Shown: positions 14,387 through 29,839 of the stretch, piece after piece | How positions within the stretch are numbered: position 1 is the first letter of the stretch | Layout: each line of letters starts with the position of its first letter | Assembly: GCA_009914755.4 (NCBI GenBank) | Contig: CP068257.2 | Coordinates: 12,608,001 to 12,672,000, forward strand | DNA length: 64,000 bases | From: the human T2T-CHM13v2.0 reference genome, Homo sapiens | Direction: 5' to 3' | Position numbers and translations under genes: made by a program | The notes under the pieces: model-generated | The model's database searches: none | What the model was told of the DNA's origin: nothing | What the model saw: only the letters and a program-made list of their open reading frames with translations

Positions 14387-15649
14387 GTAGGAATTTTACT
14401 AATATATTTGTAGTGTACCACACTGAAAAAGATCCCAAGGGAAATGACACCTGAATTTCCTTTAATCTCAAAGTGAGTAGTTGTACAAAGTTGTCTCATA
14501 TTACTTATTACACAGAAATCACAGGTAAAAACATACTAAATAGTTCCACAGATAACAGTACTAATATTCCTCCAATATGTCTATATCTTTGTCGGGTTTT
14601 CATCTCATTACCACTAGGGAAGAACAGAAAAATGAACTTCTTTTTTAGCATCAAGTATATGCTATCCACTTTGTGTTTATTATTTCATTTAATTCTCCTC
14701 CAAGTGCTATGAGAAAGGCATTTGCATGAGAAAAATTTAGGCTCAGGAAACGAAAGCACCTGTCCATTGATACCCATGTAGGAGTAAGTATGTGTCTTAA
14801 ACCAATTTCTGATGAGTTCATGTTTCAAGCTTTATTTTTGCTATGTCAATCTACTTTTTATTAGAAATGCTCTCTTTTATACTAATATATGCTATTATTA
14901 AAAAACACACACACACAGCCCTAAGCATTTTATATGACATATATTATGGTTTTTCTCATAGAATAATTCACCCATAACATATGTTGAGGGCTCAGAATTT
15001 CTTCAGGAGATACCATTGTGAACTCTGATTTTTAACACAGAAATTAAATGGTATTGAATGGGAAGAGTTGATGTTTTCTTATTTTATAAATTCAGAAGCT
15101 TTCTTTAGAAATGTATTTCTTTTTCCCCCATAACAGAAATTCCATAATAATATGAAGTTAAATTTGTGTTTCTAGCTTTATGCCCCTTGCTCTGCAGTTC
15201 ACAGAAACAAAACTGCTCAATTTTATCTACAGATATGTTCCCAAGAGTGGATTAATCTTTTAAAAAATGATTAGGTACTAGATACCCCAAACTCAAATAG
15301 TCTTTAAAAATGCAGAGATAAATGAGTTAGTTTCTGTCTTCTAGGAATTCATAGTAGAATTAAAAAGATTAAAAAGTATACCACCATTACAAAAAAAGGG
15401 AAAAGGCAACATAAGCGTAATTGACAAACACAAATTTTCAGTAATATCATCTAATCAAGTTTGCACAATTAGAGACTATTTCACAGATACCAATGCTTTC
15501 ACTTAACATTTAAAGATGTGTAGGAGTGAGAAACGTGGTATCCCAAATTGAGCAAATACTATGTGAAAACCATACAATAAAAGGTGGGAAAGAACTGGCT
15601 GTGAAGTTCAGATGTGGTGAAAAACTGTGGGTTCAGACTGAGAAATTTT

Positions 15650-16640
15650 TAATTTTTGAGATACTTATTGAAGGGGTGGGTTGCCCCTCCACACCTGCGG
15701 ATGTTTCTCCTTAGGTGGAACGAGAGACTAGGAAAAGAAAGAGACACAGAGACAAAGTATAGAGAAAGAAAAAGGGGCTCAGGGGACCGGCATTCAGCAT
15801 ACGGAGGATCCACGCCGGCACCAGCCTCTGAATTCCCTTAGTATTTATTGATCATTATCGGGCGTTTCCCGGAGAGGGGGACGTGGCAGGATAATACGAT
15901 AATAGTGGAGAGAAGGTCAGAAGGTAAACACGTGAACAAATGTCTCTGCATCATAAACAAGGTAAAGAAAAAACTGCTGTGCTTTTGATATGCATATACA
16001 TAAACATCTCAATGCCTTAAGGAGCAGTATTGCTGCCATCATGTCCCACCTCCAGCCCTAAGGCAGTTTTCCCCTATCTCAGTAGATGGAATATACAATC
16101 GGCTTTACACCGAGACATTCCATTGCCCCGGGGACGGGCAGGAGACAGAAGCCTTCCTCTTGTCTCAACTGAAAAGAGGCGTTCCTTCCTCTTTTACTAA
16201 TACTCCTCAGCGCAGACCCTTTACTGGTGTCAGGCTGGGGGACGGTCAGGTCTTTCCCTTCCCACGAGGCCATATTTCAGACTATCACATGGGGAGAAAC
16301 CTTGGACAATACCTGGCTTTCCTAGGCAGAGGTCCCTGTGGCCTTCTGCAGTATTTTGTGTCGCTGGGTACTTGAGATTAGGGAGTGGTGATGACTCTTA
16401 ACGAGCATGCTGCCTTCAAGCATTTGTTTAACAAAGCACACCCTGCACAACCCTTAATCCATTTAACCCTGAGTGGACACAGCACATGTTTCAGGGAGCA
16501 CAGGGTTAGGGGTAGGGTTACAGATTAACAGCATCTCAAGGCAGAAGAATTTTTCTTAGTACAGAACAAAATGGAGTCTCCTATGTCTACTTCTTTCTAC
16601 ACAGACAGAGTAACAATCTGATCTGTCTTTCTTTTCCCCA
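15650..16640. mobile_element. possible solitary ERV LTR-like repeat
   Basis: A ~1-kb CpG-containing block (ggatccacgccggcaccagcctctgaattccc, cggggacgggcaggagacagaagcc) is embedded in AT-rich intron. It has no ABCC homology and an LTR-like composition. I cannot name the family. Confidence 0.25.
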
Positions 16641-17385
16641 CACTTATGAAGCATCACATGTACAGGAGTTTGGATATGTGGCTTCCAGGCTTAGAATAAA
16701 CCTTTGACTATAGATATGGATTTGGGAGTCACTGACTAGAGGACAGTAGTTGAAACCATGCGTATGAATGAGATTGCCCAGAGGAAGAACCTATTGAATA
16801 GGCTGAACAAATGGAACATTGGTAATCCTCAGTATTTAAATGGCAAGAGAAAGAGGAGTCTACAAAAAAAGCTAAGTAAAGGTGTTCAGAATATATTATA
16901 AGAGAAGTAGCTGATGAAATAGTATGAGTGACAGGTAAGAAAAGAGAAACTGTCAAGAAAGGAGAAAAATAAAGTGGTCAATAGGGCCAAATACTGCAAA
17001 GGGGTGAATTAAAATAATAACTAAATATTCTCCATTAAATTTGGCAACATGAAGATCACTGGGGAGTTTTTCAAAGCAATTGAAGTAGAAAATGTATATA
17101 CTTGTGAGCAAATACTTGGGCAGAAGGGGTTAAATTGTGATAAAATTTCCAAGTTACACAAATCTAAGAATCTCTTAAAGAGGATGGCAAAACTATGTAA
17201 CATTAAGCAGCACACTAGAAAAGAGAAAGCATAGCTAGAAATGTAAATGTGAGCTATTTACAGTTAATGATTTTAATGCTTCAAATTTGTATAGGTATAG
17301 AAATGTTTTCCAAACCTGAATTTTGTTTATGGGGGAGTTGAGAGGAAGAGTGACACCTACCCCAGCTTTAAAAAATTCCAGTCTC

Positions 17386-17784
<399 letters not shown>

Positions 17785-18572
17785 TTAAAGTTTGATTATC
17801 AAACTATAAAAACTATATGCATATGTATTAAATATTGCAAACATTATTTTAGCATTCCTAAAGACGCTGAAATTAAATTTAATAAGCAAGATAAGACATA
17901 GCAAATCTTCAAATATGACAACCTAGTATTTTGAAATCCATATCTTAAGTCAATCAAACAAACCATCAAGCTCTGTGAATATCACATTTATTTTCTGTTT
18001 AATTTGAATATCTCATAATTAGATACAAAATATTTTCATAGGATGTTGTTATCCAGAACTGTCATTGGCATGGATCTAATCTGATTTCTTATGTGGTGAC
18101 TAAACAATTGTATTTGAAACCTAACTATTGTTTAAGAGAATGTCCCTTTGAAGACAAAGATTAATTGTATTCTCCTATCTATTTTTGGAGTTACAGAATA
18201 GTGTCAAATTATTTCCTAGAACAAATTCAAGCATCAATAATTGTATGAATAACTCAATTAAAATGTGCTCAGATGACACAATAATTAAAAAATTATATAC
18301 TTATGAGCCTTAATTCCTAAGACAATAGCTATCTAGATCATTCTGATGATCAAATAATTACCAAGCCTTTATTAGCAAATATAATCTGTCACCAGTGTAT
18401 AATAATCATGGCCAGAGATATACATGGAAAAATCTAGTAAGAGTTTTCATAGGTCACAATCGTGTCATTATTTTAACCAGATACACTATTCAATATGTCC
18501 TTTTTCTCACATACTAAAAAAATTTGTACATTAAACAACTTTCTCCCAACCTATAATTTTTGGCCAGATTGA

Positions 18573-18887
<315 letters not shown>

Positions 18888-19130
18888 TCCAGAAATGTTT
18901 TAAAAGGTTATTTATAGCAATAAAATTGATAATGCTACTATATATTTGTACTTTCTAAGTATTCAAATATTACTCATCTATAAAAGTTATATTTCAGCTC
19001 ATCTTCCTAATAGAATGCCACTGTTTTTCTATTCTGTTCACATGAGTTGGTTGAGATATTTATGCACATTTAATAATTCTAAATATAGTCAAAATTCTCT
19101 CTAAGATAATAAAATTTAAGAGTGGAAATT

Positions 19131-19500
19131 GTATTAGTCAGTTCTCACGTTGCTATGAAGAAATATCCGAGACTGGGTAATTTATAAGGGAAAGAGGTTT
19201 AATTGGCTGACAGTTCCACAGGGCTGGGGAGGTCTCAGGAAACTTACAATCATGGCAGAAGAAGCAAACACGTCCTTCTCCACCTGGCAGCAGGAAGAAG
19301 TGTCAAACAAAGAGAGAAAAGCCCCTCATAAGACCATCAGATCTCATAAAAACTCGCTCACTATCATGAGAACGGCAGCATGGGGTAACCACCCCTATGA
19401 TTCAGTTACCTCCCACCAGGTCCCTCCCATGACATGTGGGGATTATGTGAACTGCAATTCAAGATGAGATTTGGGTGGGAACAAAGCCAAACCATATCAG
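19131..19500 (-). mobile_element. THE1/MST-type MaLR LTR, minus orientation
   Basis: tgtattagtcagttctcacgttgctatgaagaaatatccgagactgggtaatttataagggaaagaggtttaattggctgacagttccacagggctggggaggtctcaggaaacttacaatcatggcagaag...gagatttgggtgggaacaaagccaaaccatatca is the reverse complement of the THE1 consensus as I recall it. Confidence 0.7.
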
Positions 19501-20816
19501 AAGTAATACATTTCACTGTCTGCTTTTTGCTAAGTTAGCCCTGGTTTATTTTACATACAAAACACCATCACCAGTCTCTGAAGTTCTTAATGTTTAACTG
19601 CCTGTAAAAATGAGAAATTAATCCTGCTCTGCCAGCTTTGGGGAGTTGTGAGAATCAAATTCATTGATGTGAATGTCCTTTGAAAAGAAACATCATTCTA
19701 AAAATATGAGATACATGTGTAAACTGTATTATCGTTTTAGGAATAAAGCCCACAGGTTGATGGGACCTAGTATGTGTTACACATTTCACTTACTGAGAGG
19801 GCCAACTCTGGGTCCTCATTGTTTCCCAAAAAGCTGCCTCAACATTTGATTTAAATAAATACCACTTCGTTATCACTTCCTTGCTTATTCTTTTTCCAAA
19901 CTCTTGTGTGGGAAGGTAAGGCCAGCCATGTGATCAGAGTCTGTTAGAAGAGAGCAAAAGATAGTGGAGGGGAACACACATCTGGGAAAAAAGTCAAGGT
20001 AGTTAAACCACTAAGCCATGAGAGTCACAATCAAGTCAGCTTAAGTGTCACTTTTAGATGCTGCATTATTTGGGGACTCAGCATGAAAGCAAGAGGTCAC
20101 TTTTCCCTGAACCGAAACCTCTGAGTTTTGCACAGTTCTAACTCAAAATGCTGAGGCAGTAAATGTTATTAAAAATGCTTTTCTAAAAGTCAATGCAGTC
20201 TTATTTTGAAAATGAATATTTATTTTCTGGAATGAAATAGAACTTAATATGACAAGAAAGTAGTTTATTGCTTAATATGTTTTTAAAAGTGCACTGCAGG
20301 AAAATGTCCAGCATATTTGAGCCAACAGAAACATGATTACGGAAAATCCCTTCTTATTACATTTAAACCTTTTTGTTAGATATGAATTGTGGTAAGATAT
20401 TATGTATTATACTAAAAGTAAAATAAAATCTAGTGGAATCTTTTGTTACCATAGGGTTTAAATTCATCCCAGAGTCAATCAATTGAGATTATTTAGTAAC
20501 AAGGCCAATGAAAGCAGTCCCAATTTGGAGTAGTTTAAGGCATTGTTACCGCCTCTTCGGCTAATACACTTTATATGGACAGAACTTAGGCCAGTCAGAA
20601 GGCCTGGATTTAAATATGGGTTTAATTTCTTATTGAACAAGTCATGTCACCAAAGTCACAAACTATATCTGATTTAAATCACTTCAGAGTGAGTTTAGCT
20701 TCAAGTAACAGAATAGCCAGATAATAATAGTTTAAACAAACAAGTATTTATTTTCTTATGTTATTGGAAAGAGGGTGTTACTGGAAATAAGTTGTTGAAC
20801 TATTGCAGAAATGTTA

Positions 20817-21144
<328 letters not shown>

Positions 21145-22279
21145 TTAGTCTTTCTGCTTCCCATCCTTATTATTTGGCTTTTTTATCCGTAGTGGCAAAG
21201 ATGGCTTTTATATCTCAAAGCATCATGGCTTCAAAGGACAAAAGGGAAAGAGAAGGGAGGCAACATGTTTTCTCCTTTTGAAGTTCTGTGCTTTCATTTG
21301 AAAAAGAAAGTTCTTCCTAGCAGATATTGGCTTGGGTATTGTTAGCCATAACTCAGTTATATTATTAATCCCAAGCACAGGGTAATGAGAGTACCAGGAC
21401 TGGTTTAGATCAATTATAATTCATAACTCTGTGGCTAAAATAAGACCTTACCATGAGTTCAAGAGATTTTCAACTGAAGAAATATCAGATCCCTGTTAGC
21501 AGAAAGACGGTAGAGCAGAGCTAGAGCTGTGGGTAAGTACAATTCATTCTCTCCCACAGTAACTTCTGTGGTAAAACTACACTATGCATCTTGTTTGCCT
21601 CCCAGTTTAGACCCATTGTTCTTGCATAATTATTTGCAGTGTCACCTGGGATAAGCTCATTGAATGGAGAAGGGTGGAAAAACTAAGAGGCTGGTGGAGA
21701 CTTGCCTTGCTTCTTAAGGCATCAATTCAGAAACTGCACTCTCACATTGGCTCATATTCTGTTGGTCATAAGGCCAAGGCCAGAGCTTGTGGGATAGGGA
21801 CAAGTACTCCACATCCAGTTGTACAATCTATAAAGTCAAGTGGCAAATTGTACAGAAAGTCCTAGTAGAACAGAAGAAAATTGCAAATGCAGAGGTTGGA
21901 TTTGTTTTCCCTCCAATAGAAGCCTAAAAGCCAGTTTGGGTACTTGAGTGGTATGGGTGATATTCTACTGGGAAAATTTGCTATATAAATTTTAATGAGC
22001 TGAGTGGTACATTTCCCAAATATAAGATGAATAAATGAAGTCAGTGTTTCACTGAATAATTGGATGTCTAAACAGCATTTATAAAAACTATAAATGATTA
22101 TTGCACATTATTGACCTCCAGGATAAAACTGTATGATTTGTTTAAACACATAATCTAGTCATTGTATTTTAATCAATAAAATAATGCAAAAATCAAAGAA
22201 AGTAATAAATGTATGACAATTTATTTTTAACTAGATTATTTGTTTTGCTGTCTTGTTTACCTTACTTTTTCATCTTTAG

Positions 22280-22427
22280 AGTAATTACTTTAGGCTATAA
22301 GAGACCTTTGGAAAGAGAGGATCTTTTTGAACTAAAGGAAAGTGATTCCTTCTGCACTGCGTGTCCCATCTTTGAAAAACAATGGAGAAAGGAAGTTTTA
22401 AGGAATCAAGAGAGGCAAAAAGTAAAG
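22280..22427 (+). CDS. ABCC13: coding exon 3: (R)VITLGYKRPLEREDLFELKESDSFCTACPIFEKQWRKEVLRNQERQKVK
   Basis: Acceptor tttag at 22278-22279, donor gtaatt at 22428. Homologous to ABCC1 [37 protein letters not shown]. Phase 1 in, phase 0 out. Confidence 0.75.
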
Positions 22428-23133
22428 GTAATTAATTATGAAGTTCTATAAACTCCTGAAGTGATTACTGCCTGACAACTAGATAAAGCTTTTTTCAAGT
22501 ATGAGATACTATTATTAATATCGAAATTTGTAAAATGTGTGAAATGACAATCTATTTTTATAAGCATAATTTGTTGCTATTGCAGCCCATTTCTGTCTTC
22601 AAACTACTCAACATTCCTTCTCTTTAATGTTCAGGAGCAAATGTGTTGATATGCATGTATATATCTTTGGCTCCTTACCAGTGGTGACAAAGATAGCTTC
22701 TGTATCTCAGAGCATCATGTCTATTGGTCAAAGCAAATTATATGGTGGCCAAAATTGAAGTTTATGGGAGCAGGAGCAGACACTCCACCTCTAGCATCAT
22801 ATGCATATATATTATTTTCAGACTTCTCCAAAAGAAAATATAATTTGGAGATAAAAACTGTATTTATGTTAATTAAATAGTTTCAAAACTCACAAAAATA
22901 ATAAAATGCAACTATTGCACTTGTCCCTTTATGCCATGTGGTATAAGTAACACCACCTACCATCTCAATGATATGGGTCATAATTTCAAGTTTAACTGAT
23001 TTATTCCTTTCTTATTACCTTATTGTCTTTAGAGCAATATTGTTAATTGTATAAGTAGTTTAGTTATATTTCATTTTATTAATATTAGTTGTGTCCAATT
23101 TTCTCATTGTGTCTATTTTCTTTAGTTATGTAG

Positions 23134-23276
23134 GTATCTTGTTATAAAGAGGCACATATCAAGAAACCATCTCTACTCTATGCATTGTGGAACACCTTTA
23201 AATCCATCCTGATTCAAGTTGCCTTATTCAAAGTGTTTGCTGATATTTTGTCCTTCACTAGCCCACTCATAATGAA
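23134..23276 (+). CDS. ABCC13: coding exon 4: VSCYKEAHIKKPSLLYALWNTFKSILIQVALFKVFADILSFTSPLIM(K)
   Basis: Acceptor tgtag at 23132-23133. The alternative AG at 23125 runs into a stop. Donor gtaagt at 23277. Homologous to ABCC1 [37 protein letters not shown], the start of TMD1. Confidence 0.65.
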
Positions 23277-26185
23277 GTAAGTTAAAGTCTGGTGGGTTTT
23301 TTTTCCCTCCTCACAGATAAATGAAAAGTAAGTATTCTAATATAAAAGTTCTAATACAAAAGAGTAGAGAAGGTTCTTATTGCAAATATTATTAGGATGT
23401 GGACATGCTATTAGGGTTATCTACAATATAAATGGGAATTAGGATAATATAGTCAATATCTAATAAAGTCAACCCTGTACTAAGCACTGCTCTAAAATCT
23501 TATATTAATTTTATTAAGCAAGGGTTCGCCAGAGAAACAGAACCAATAGGATATATAAGCCCAAATAAGAGGGGATTTATTATGGGAATTGGCTCTCGCA
23601 ATTATGGAGGCCAAGAAGTCCCACAGTCTTGCATTTGCAAGCTAGAGACTCAGGAAAGACAGTGGCATAATGCAGTCTGAGTCCAAAGGCCAGGTAACCT
23701 TGAGTTCTGACGTCCACGGGCAGGAGAAGGTGGATATTTCAGCTCCAGGAAAGAGAGCTAATTCACTCTCTCTTTACCTTCTTGTTCTATCCAGGCCCTC
23801 AACAAATTGGATGAGGCACTATGCCCTGGGATCATCCTTACTCAGTCTACTGATTCAAATGCTAATCTCTTCCAGAAACAGCCTCACAGACACACCCAGA
23901 CATCTGGTAGATGGTAAAACATTATTTAAATGTTATTAAACAGAAATAATGTTTTACCATCTCTTCACCAGTCAAGTTGACACGTAAAATTAACCATCAC
24001 ATTGGTAATCTCATTTAATCTTTACTACACTCCTGCAACATAGACAGTATTATTACATTCAGTATTACAATGGCAGAAACAGACAGAAAGGGTGGAGTAA
24101 TTTGTCCAAGTCCCCACAGCTAGAAAGTGCCAGAGTCGTAATTGAAATCTAGGAAGTCTCGCTTGAATGTATGCGATACATATTTTCACTACGATACTTA
24201 GTTGTGGCCTTTTGAGAGTTGAGCTTTAACAGCCATGGCAATTACACACACACACAAACATACACTCACACACACAATTACTATGTATAACATATATGAA
24301 CATATATTATTATTACCTAATATATGTATATTTCTGTGCATCTCTATATCTAGATATGGACATAGTAAAATGACTTGAAACATTTCTATAATATCTACCT
24401 GCAATGGTTTACAGGCAGACAATGAAATTGATCTTTTGACTGTGCCACCTTTTTCAAGGAAACCTTGACTTATACCTAGCTGTCATATGAAGGAAATGCA
24501 AAGAAACATATATTTTATTAACTGGTGATTATATTTTTACTATTGAAAAATTTCCAAGTTGTTAGAGTTTTTAATAACCATTTAATTCATGAAAATATCA
24601 TTAATCCTGCATTACTTAGATCCCATATGATATTCAGGAATATATTCATTCAATATTTATTGAGCACCTATGCATGCCAAAACTGTTCTAGGTCGACTGC
24701 GGGGACAGAACAAAAATCAAAACAAAGAACCTGCTCTGATGACACTTAGAGGGGAGAGATGAAAGCCAAACAAATGAATAAACATAAATGATACCATCAG
24801 TGCTTAGGAACAAAGTAAAGTAGGGTAAGGGAATGCCAGTCTGAGGAGTTAGAAGTTACCGTTTTATGTAAGGTAATTATGAAAGACATTGGTGATAAGG
24901 TGACATTTGGTCACAGTTCTGAAGGAAGTTAGGGAGGAAGCCAAGAAAATATCTATTGTGATTAAAGGTAGCAGGAAGGGCAAAAGTCATGAAGAAGCTC
25001 ATGCTTGATATCTCTGAGGGCCTGCAAGGAGGCAAAGTGAGGTTGGAGCAGAGAGCTGGAAAGGTAAGACTGAGGTCAGAAAGGTGCAGAGATGAAAAGA
25101 TTTTGAAGGACCTTATGAAATATGATGGGAATATTGGCTTTTAGTCCACATTAGCAGGGAAGAATTTGGAAGATTTTGAGCAAAAAAACAATGATCTGCT
25201 TAGACTTAAGTCTTATAGGAATGACTCTGGCTGCTATGTGGGGAATAAAATCAAGACGTGCAAGAGTGGAAGAAGAAACACCAGTTAGAAGTTTGTTTGC
25301 GATAATCCAAGCAAAAGTTAATGGTGGCTTCAACTAGGTAGTAGCAATAAGGGTGATAAGAAGTGGTCAGACTCTGGTTGTGTTTTAAAGGTAGAGTTAA
25401 CAGAATATACTGGTGGACTGAATGTAGGTTGAGAGAGGAAGCGAGAAGTTAAGGATGCCTTCAAAATTTTTGTTTAGATCATCAGGTAAATGAGTCAGCA
25501 TATCCTTGTAGTATGTCACAGTATACGCCCAAATTGTTTTCACCATATTGCATGTGCTATATAGCCTTTTAAATTTAACACTATTTTCAGTCGCATTGAT
25601 GCAGTTTTAAAAAGGTGAAATCATGCTTAAAATATTATTACCAGTGAACATCAGGCACTCTGAGTTTTAGACAATGTTTATAGTTGAGGGACTATCAGCC
25701 GAGATACTTGTAATTAGAACCATCCCCACTGTTTTTCTGCTCCCCAGCATTGGCCCTAATCATCCTGATCATGCTGTCACAAACTTAAGAGGAAATAAGG
25801 AAAAGGAGAGAAAAAAGAAATTGGTTATGAATAAAAGTGACAATAAAACATGAGATATAAATCAAGCTTAAAAAAAAAAAGCAGCACCTGTGGGCCATAC
25901 TAAAAGATCCCCTACTTACGTTCTGGTTGTCATGTTTCCCTGTATTTGATAAAACACATAATTTTGAGAAAAATAAAGTTTTAAATGTATCTATGTCTCG
26001 ACTTTTCTGATGAAGTTATACCAGAAAAGTTAATTATTTGATGGGCCTGCCATGTGAAAACCAGAAAATAACCTCGTACTCACAAGCCAGTGGAAGGGAT
26101 TCCTGATTTTACTAAAAAAAAAAAAAAAAAAGAGAGGGCGGGGACAAATATCAAATTAAGCAAGTAAAGAAAAAGAACAGGTAAG

Positions 26186-26211
26186 AGTGTGTGTGTGTGT
26201 GTGTGTGTGTA
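26186..26211. repeat. (TG)n microsatellite
   Basis: gtgtgtgtgtgtgtgtgtgtgtgt lies just upstream of exon 5. Confidence 0.9.
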
Positions 26212-26299
26212 ACACTTTGACAATACTAAACTCTCATAAGCATTTAACACTTCAGATGTTTAACATTTCTGCCCCTTTCTCAATTTTTATGACGTGCAG

Positions 26300-26477
26300 G
26301 CAAATTATCATTTTCTGTGAACACAGCTCAGATTTTGGCTGGAATGGCTATGGCTATGCAGTGGCACTTCTTGTTGTAGTCTTTTTGCAAACTCTGATTC
26401 TTCAGCAATATCAACGTTTTAACATGCTCACCTCAGCAAAAGTTAAGACAGCTGTAAATGGACTGATCTACAAAAAG
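26300..26477 (+). CDS. ABCC13: coding exon 5: (K)QIIIFCEHSSDFGWNGYGYAVALLVVVFLQTLILQQYQRFNMLTSAKVKTAVNGLIYKK
   Basis: Acceptor gtgcag at 26298-26299, donor gtaaaa at 26478. Homologous to ABCC1 [59 protein letters not shown]. 178 nt; phase 2 in, phase 0 out. Confidence 0.8.
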
Positions 26478-29213
26478 GTAAAAATTCCAAGGAATCCCCA
26501 TTCCTGGGTGGACTACTCCCTTATGTGCTTTAAAATAAGGGGGCTAGAAAAATAGGGGAGTATATCAAAAAGTCCTTAGGAAATCCTTTGTATATACATT
26601 TGTTTTGCTTTAAAAGAACTTTGGCTCATCGATACTGGTTGCATTAATTTCTCTTTAGTACATGTTCTCTCTCTCTCTTTCTCTCTCTCTGGTCTTTACA
26701 ACTTCTAGTCAGCCCTAATCCATTACATTAAAGATAATCTTTGTTTAATCTTATGCCACCTAACTGCTACTCACAAAGTGAGTGGAATTGAATATTTTCA
26801 TGGTTTTCTATATGTATGCATCAATAAAAGCTCTCCTTTTCACAATATTATTTTCAGTCTTCATATTACCTTTTCCTTTCTCCTCTGGGAACTTCATTTT
26901 TATGCAATAAAGTCACTCATTTTTATACTGTCATTCCCCATTTCTCTCTTATTCTAAGTCCTGCCTCCCAAAGTTGGCTGATCTTTATTCCTGGCATAAC
27001 CCTAAAGTTTAATTAGTCCTTTTTTTAAACACTACCTCTTTACCATGGAGGGTCTTTTATTTACAACATAATTATAAACAGTTAAAGAGCTTCCTCCCGC
27101 CCCTAGTTATCAAGTAATTATCCCAGCAACAAGTGTACTTTGTTCCCGCTTTGCACTCTGATTTAAATTGTAGGTTCATCAGGATTTGGAATAGAAATTT
27201 ATTTAGCTGTTGTATCCATATCATACAAGACAATGACTTTTATACTTTATTAAAGTTGGATTACTGAATGAATGAATGAATGAATGAACAAGTGAGCCCC
27301 TGCTTTCCAAATAAATTGAGGGAAGTGTTAGCATACATAACAAACATGTGGAACTAAATGCAGATTTTATAGGAGATCAGATGAACAGAAAATCTACAAG
27401 GGGTTGTACATAGTTAAGGAAGTTTTCACATAGGAAGTCTTGAAAAGGTCTTTGAGAGAGCTATTGACTTTGTGTAAGGGGAAGGAAGTGTTATAATTTG
27501 GGCTGAGCTGGACATAAAGCATTACAGGCCATTTTGATCTTTGGGCCACAATGGGGGCATGAAGTGGTTTTATGGATCTTGGAAAGCCAAGTACAAATTG
27601 AGCAGTAAATGGTAACTGAACTTGCAGCAGAGTTTAGCTCTGTAGAACTCAGTCCACATACAGGATTAGAGGGGCTGTCCCAGTCCTAATTCTAGAGGCA
27701 GTATGTGCTGCCTCCAATATGGAATAAAGATACAGAAGAATCTAGAAACTGGTTTGAATGCTAACACTTGTTTTGTTATATAGTCCATATGGAACAGGAT
27801 TTTATTCCATGATTAGAGCATTGGAGTTTAGACATGAGATGTAGGTGGATTTACAAACATAAAAGACTAAACTGCCATGAAAGAGTGAATGCAGAAGCAT
27901 AAAATGTGGAGCACGGATCACTTTCAGAGCAATAAACCACTCTGTGTGATAGTATAATCGTGAATGTATGTCATTATACATTTGTACAAACCCACAGAAT
28001 GTACAACACCAAGAGTGAACCCTAATGCAAACTATAGACTTCGGGTGATAATGATGTGTCAATGTGGTTTCATCGGCTGTGACAAATGTACCCCTCTGTG
28101 GAGGATGTTGATAATGGGGGAGGCTATGAACATGCAGGATAAGGAGTATATGAGATTTCTTTGTACCTTTCTCTCAGTTTTGCTGTGAACCTAAAACTGC
28201 TCTAAATAAAAGCAGTCCTTTGTAGGGGCAGAAAGGTGTAATACCTCTTTTCATCCATCATAAGAGTTGCAGTGGACATTCCTATAGCAAAAGACAGGTT
28301 GAAAAGAGAAAAATAAAACAAGTTAATTTAATTAAAATTTACTTCTTCAGAAGTAAGACCCAATGATCCAGGGAAAACTGTCTATTCTTATGCTTAGGTT
28401 CTATAGAGAATAGACAGCAGTGTAGAAATGTGATCAGACAAAAGGGTGTGATCTAATAGTAAGGGACTGAGAGGAGACACCCAGCATGGCCTTTCCATTC
28501 AAATTCTTCCTGGCCTCTCTGTATAGTATTCCTTTCCCTGGATATTGGATAGGACCCTTCTGGAATGATGGTCTTCAAGAGAGACGGGAAAAAGTGTTAC
28601 CTTTCTAAGTTAAATGAGGCTTGTTTGAGAGGGGTTCTAGTTCTGTGACTCACTTTTGGAAAAAGGAAAGAAAGAGGAGTGGGAGACAAAAGGGCTGGAG
28701 AGGGTCAGAGAGACTTTGCTTCTGAGGCCTTCCCAATGTTCTTCAGTTCCAAGTGCTCAGCATGCCAAGGTGCCACATTTTGGGGTATCATGTTCTGAGT
28801 CCAAACACCTTAAATGTAAAAACAGAATGGACTGAAGTAGAAATTAGAGCAAGCTGTTAGAAATTAAAAAGAGAAACAAGTGTCATCATTGAGTCTTGCA
28901 AAGTGGGAATAGTGACTACAGGGGATAGACCTTGTATAGTTCCTTAAAGATTGTTTAAGATTAAGGGACACTGAAGGATCAAAGGAGTATTGCTATCAAG
29001 CCTACTCTGTGGACCCTGTAGTGGATATTACAGTGTAACAGGAGACACAAGTCTCTCTCCATGAGGTGAACAGGGATTGTTAAATTTCCCTTCTTCTTTA
29101 TAGGTTTTAGAATTCCAGATGACTCATACTTCTCTGAAATTGGCCATACTTCATCAGGGACTTGTGACTAGAATAGGGTAAAGTTGGTCTCAGGTCCTTT
29201 TCTTGGTGAGGGG

Positions 29214-29583
29214 TTGTATTAGTCTATGTTCACACTGCTATATAGATACTATCTGATACTGGGTAATTTACAAAGGAAAGAGGTTTAATTGACTCATAGT
29301 TCTGCGTGGCTGGGTAGGCCTCAGGAAGCTTACGATCATGGTGGAAGGTGAAGGGGAAGCAAGGCACTTCTTACTTGGCAGCAAGAGAGAGAGGGAGAGC
29401 AAACGGGAAAGTGCCACTTTTAAGCCATCAGATCTCATGAGAACTCACTCACTACCATGAGAACAGCACAGGGGAAACTGCCTCCATGATCCAATCACCT
29501 CTCACCAGGTCCCTCCCTCGCCACATAGGGTTTATAATTCCAGATGAGATTTGGGTGGGGACACAGAACAAAACTATATCAGG
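29214..29583 (-). mobile_element. THE1/MST-type MaLR LTR, minus orientation (second copy)
   Basis: tgtattagtctatgttcacactgctatatagatactatctgatactgggtaatttacaaaggaaagaggtttaattgactcatagttctgcgtggctgggtaggcctcaggaagcttacgatcatggtggaagg...gagatttgggtggggacacagaacaaaactatatca. Confidence 0.7.
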
Positions 29584-29839
29584 GGTGCAGGTATCAGGAT
29601 GTGCTTTGTTCCTTATCCATCCACAATTACTAGTGTAAGTTTGGAATAAAGTTCAGGGAATATCATTTTTAGGTTTGCAAGAAAGAACATGGGCCTCCTT
29701 CCACTTGATGACTTTAAGATTCTGTGGATCTCAAAACTCAGATTCTGTTACCCCTTAGTTCACAGGTTCAAGCTCCATGAAAATTCTTGGAGACTAAAAA
29801 ACAAAACATGACTCCAAAGAAATCATTATATCAAAAAGA

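Noticed and set aside
26187-26299. The 5' part of ORF 26187-26555 (MCVCVCVCNTLTILNSHKHLTLQMFNISAPFSIFMTCR).
   Set aside because: This is read-through of the (TG)n microsatellite and intron into exon 5. Homology to ABCC proteins begins only at the AG acceptor at 26298-26299.
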